DNA of 26,836 nucleotides from a virus: UHGV virus genome UHGV-0045954; one strand, 5' to 3'. Shown piece by piece: positions 25,430 to 26,836 of this stretch (position 1 is its first letter; each line of letters starts with the position of its first letter). The notes under the pieces were generated by a model. It saw only the letters and a program-made list of their open reading frames with translations, ran no database searches and was not told where the DNA came from. The position numbers and the translations under genes were made by a program.

Positions 25430-25699
25430 ATGAGCGAACAGTACCTGATAACGCTCGACGAGTGGAAACCAAAACGGTTCAGTCTCCCAATAACAAACAC
25501 TACCCTGGTGAAATACGGAAAACTAGGATACATCGTTCCAAGGCCACAAAAAATTCGTGGGCGTTGGCTGATAGATCGCCGAGCAGTATTTGTTGGGCCT
25601 GGTGAAACGGGAATTGCGCCGGAAATTCATACTGGCGATGATGATGCACTGAAGGAGATTTTAACTCATGTCACCGAGGCCACGAAAAAACAGCACTGA
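25430..25699 (+). CDS. xis: excisionase-like protein
   Basis: 89-aa ORF (MSEQYLITLDEWKPKRF...) immediately upstream of and overlapping the integrase gene; longer GTG start at 25421 possible. Confidence 0.55.
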   Translation: MSEQYLITLDEWKPKRFSLPITNTTLVKYGKLGYIVPRPQKIRGRWLIDRRAVFVGPGETGIAPEIHTGDDDALKEILTHVTEATKKQH

Positions 25700-26786
25700 C
25701 GTAGCCGGTCTTTACGAAAAGTTTGATCGCAGAACTGGCAGAGTTTACTACCAGTATAAAAATCCTGTGACTGGAAAATTTCACGGACTCGGAACAGACA
25801 AAGGTAAGGCAGAAAAAATCGCTTCCACAGCCAATCAGCGAATAGCTGCAGCAGAAGCTGAATATTTCATGCGCAAAATTGATGAAAGTCTGTCAGCAAC
25901 AAAACGTCGGGGTATCAGATTAAAGGCATGGGTTGATCGATATCTGAAAATACAGGACACGCGACTGAAAAATGGAGATATTGCAGCTACAACTCACAAA
26001 GAAAAAACTCGAATGGCTGCATACCTGGTTTCCCGTCTGGGAAACCACCCATTGAAAGAACTGGAAGTAAGAGACTTTGCATTAATACTGGATGAGTGGC
26101 TGGATAAAGACATGGTCAGCACAGCGAGAGTAAATCGTGGATTATGGGTTGATATTTATAAAGAAGCACAGCATGCAGGGGAAGTTCCTCCTGGATGGAA
26201 TCCTCCGGAGGCTACCCGTAAACCGATCCCTAAAGTAACCAGAGCCAGGCTCACCATGGAAGACTGGCAAAAAATTTACAATGCAACGCCTGAAAAACAC
26301 TTTATCCGTAACGCAATGCTTCTTGCGATTGTTACTGGTCAGCGCCGTGATGACATTTGCCACATGCGTTTTTCAGATGTGTGGAACGAACACTTGCATA
26401 TCACCCAGGGAAAAACCGGAATGCGTCTGGCGTTACCGCTTACACTACGCTGTGATGCCATTGGGATAACGTTAAAAGAAGTTATTGATGGGTGCCGAGA
26501 CAGAATATTAAGTCCATATCTAATCCATAGTCGGCACCAGAAACAACCGAAGCCGATGAGTAAAGACAACCTGAGCGACTACTTTGCCAAAGCACGGGAT
26601 CTGGCTGGGATAATTCCACCAGCAGGAAAAACTCCGCCAACATTTCATGAACAACGCTCTCTATCAGAACGGCTGTACCGTGCACAGGGTATCGATACAA
26701 AAACATTACTAGGACATAAAGTCCAGGCAACCACCGATCGCTATAACGATACTCGAGGTCAGGAATGGGTTAAGTTGGTTATTTGA
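25668..26786 (+). CDS. int: tyrosine-type phage integrase
   Basis: 372-aa ORF with AAGGAG RBS; C-terminal catalytic region (GQRRDD...H...R... LLGHKVQATTDRY with terminal Tyr); terminal position in prophage. Confidence 0.8.
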   Translation: MSPRPRKNSTDVAGLYEKFDRRTGRVYYQYKNPVTGKFHGLGTDKGKAEKIASTANQRIAAAEAEYFMRKIDESLSATKRRGIRLKAWVDRYLKIQDTRLKNGDIAATTHKEKTRMAAYLVSRLGNHPLKELEVRDFALILDEWLDKDMVSTARVNRGLWVDIYKEAQHAGEVPPGWNPPEATRKPIPKVTRARLTMEDWQKIYNATPEKHFIRNAMLLAIVTGQRRDDICHMRFSDVWNEHLHITQGKTGMRLALPLTLRCDAIGITLKEVIDGCRDRILSPYLIHSRHQKQPKPMSKDNLSDYFAKARDLAGIIPPAGKTPPTFHEQRSLSERLYRAQGIDTKTLLGHKVQATTDRYNDTRGQEWVKLVI

Positions 26787-26836
26787 CAAACACCATATGG
26801 AATATCCGTCACCATCTCAGGAAAAAAGTGTTGTAA

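Noticed and set aside
26787-26836. attL core immediately after int
   Set aside because: Only 50 bp remain in the window and no repeat partner is visible here, so the attachment site cannot be defined.

Overview
This window is most of a lambdoid prophage of the Enterobacteriaceae type, lying in reverse orientation (integrase at the right end, virion genes running leftward on the minus strand and continuing past position 1). All calls are from reading the sequence and recalling protein families; no database search was run. From right to left the modules are: integrase and excisionase (25430..26786); a leftward-operon analogue on the plus strand with a large RecE-like protein whose C-terminus is a DnaQ-like DEDDh 3'-5' exonuclease and which has no RecT partner (22927..25368); an immunity region with a CI-like repressor divergent from a Cro-like YdaS/YdaT pair (19564..20945); a replisome-organizer gene carrying two internal CGTGAC iteron arrays (18422..19492); a nin-like region with an embedded hok-family toxin locus, a DUF968 protein and RusA (14031..17901); antiterminator Q with a late promoter, a short terminated leader and a tRNA(CAU) (12994..14034); a Q-S moron region with two diverged copies of a terminator-bearing noncoding element and an AT-rich orphan ORF (11380..12700); a lysis cassette (dual-start pinholin, YdfR-like protein, SAR endolysin, Rz/Rz1, bor); and an HNH-terminase-portal-protease-capsid-connector-tail block of HK97 type (1..8392). 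Two N-masked gaps flanked by long C/G homopolymers (781..910 and 17355..17455) sit in intergenic regions, so adjacency across them is unverified. No CRISPR array, IS element or rRNA was seen. The most interesting items are the RecE-N/DEDDh exonuclease fusion, the duplicated Q-S element, the hok plus small-membrane-protein moron, and a structured noncoding stretch bracketed by a perfect 15-bp inverted repeat.
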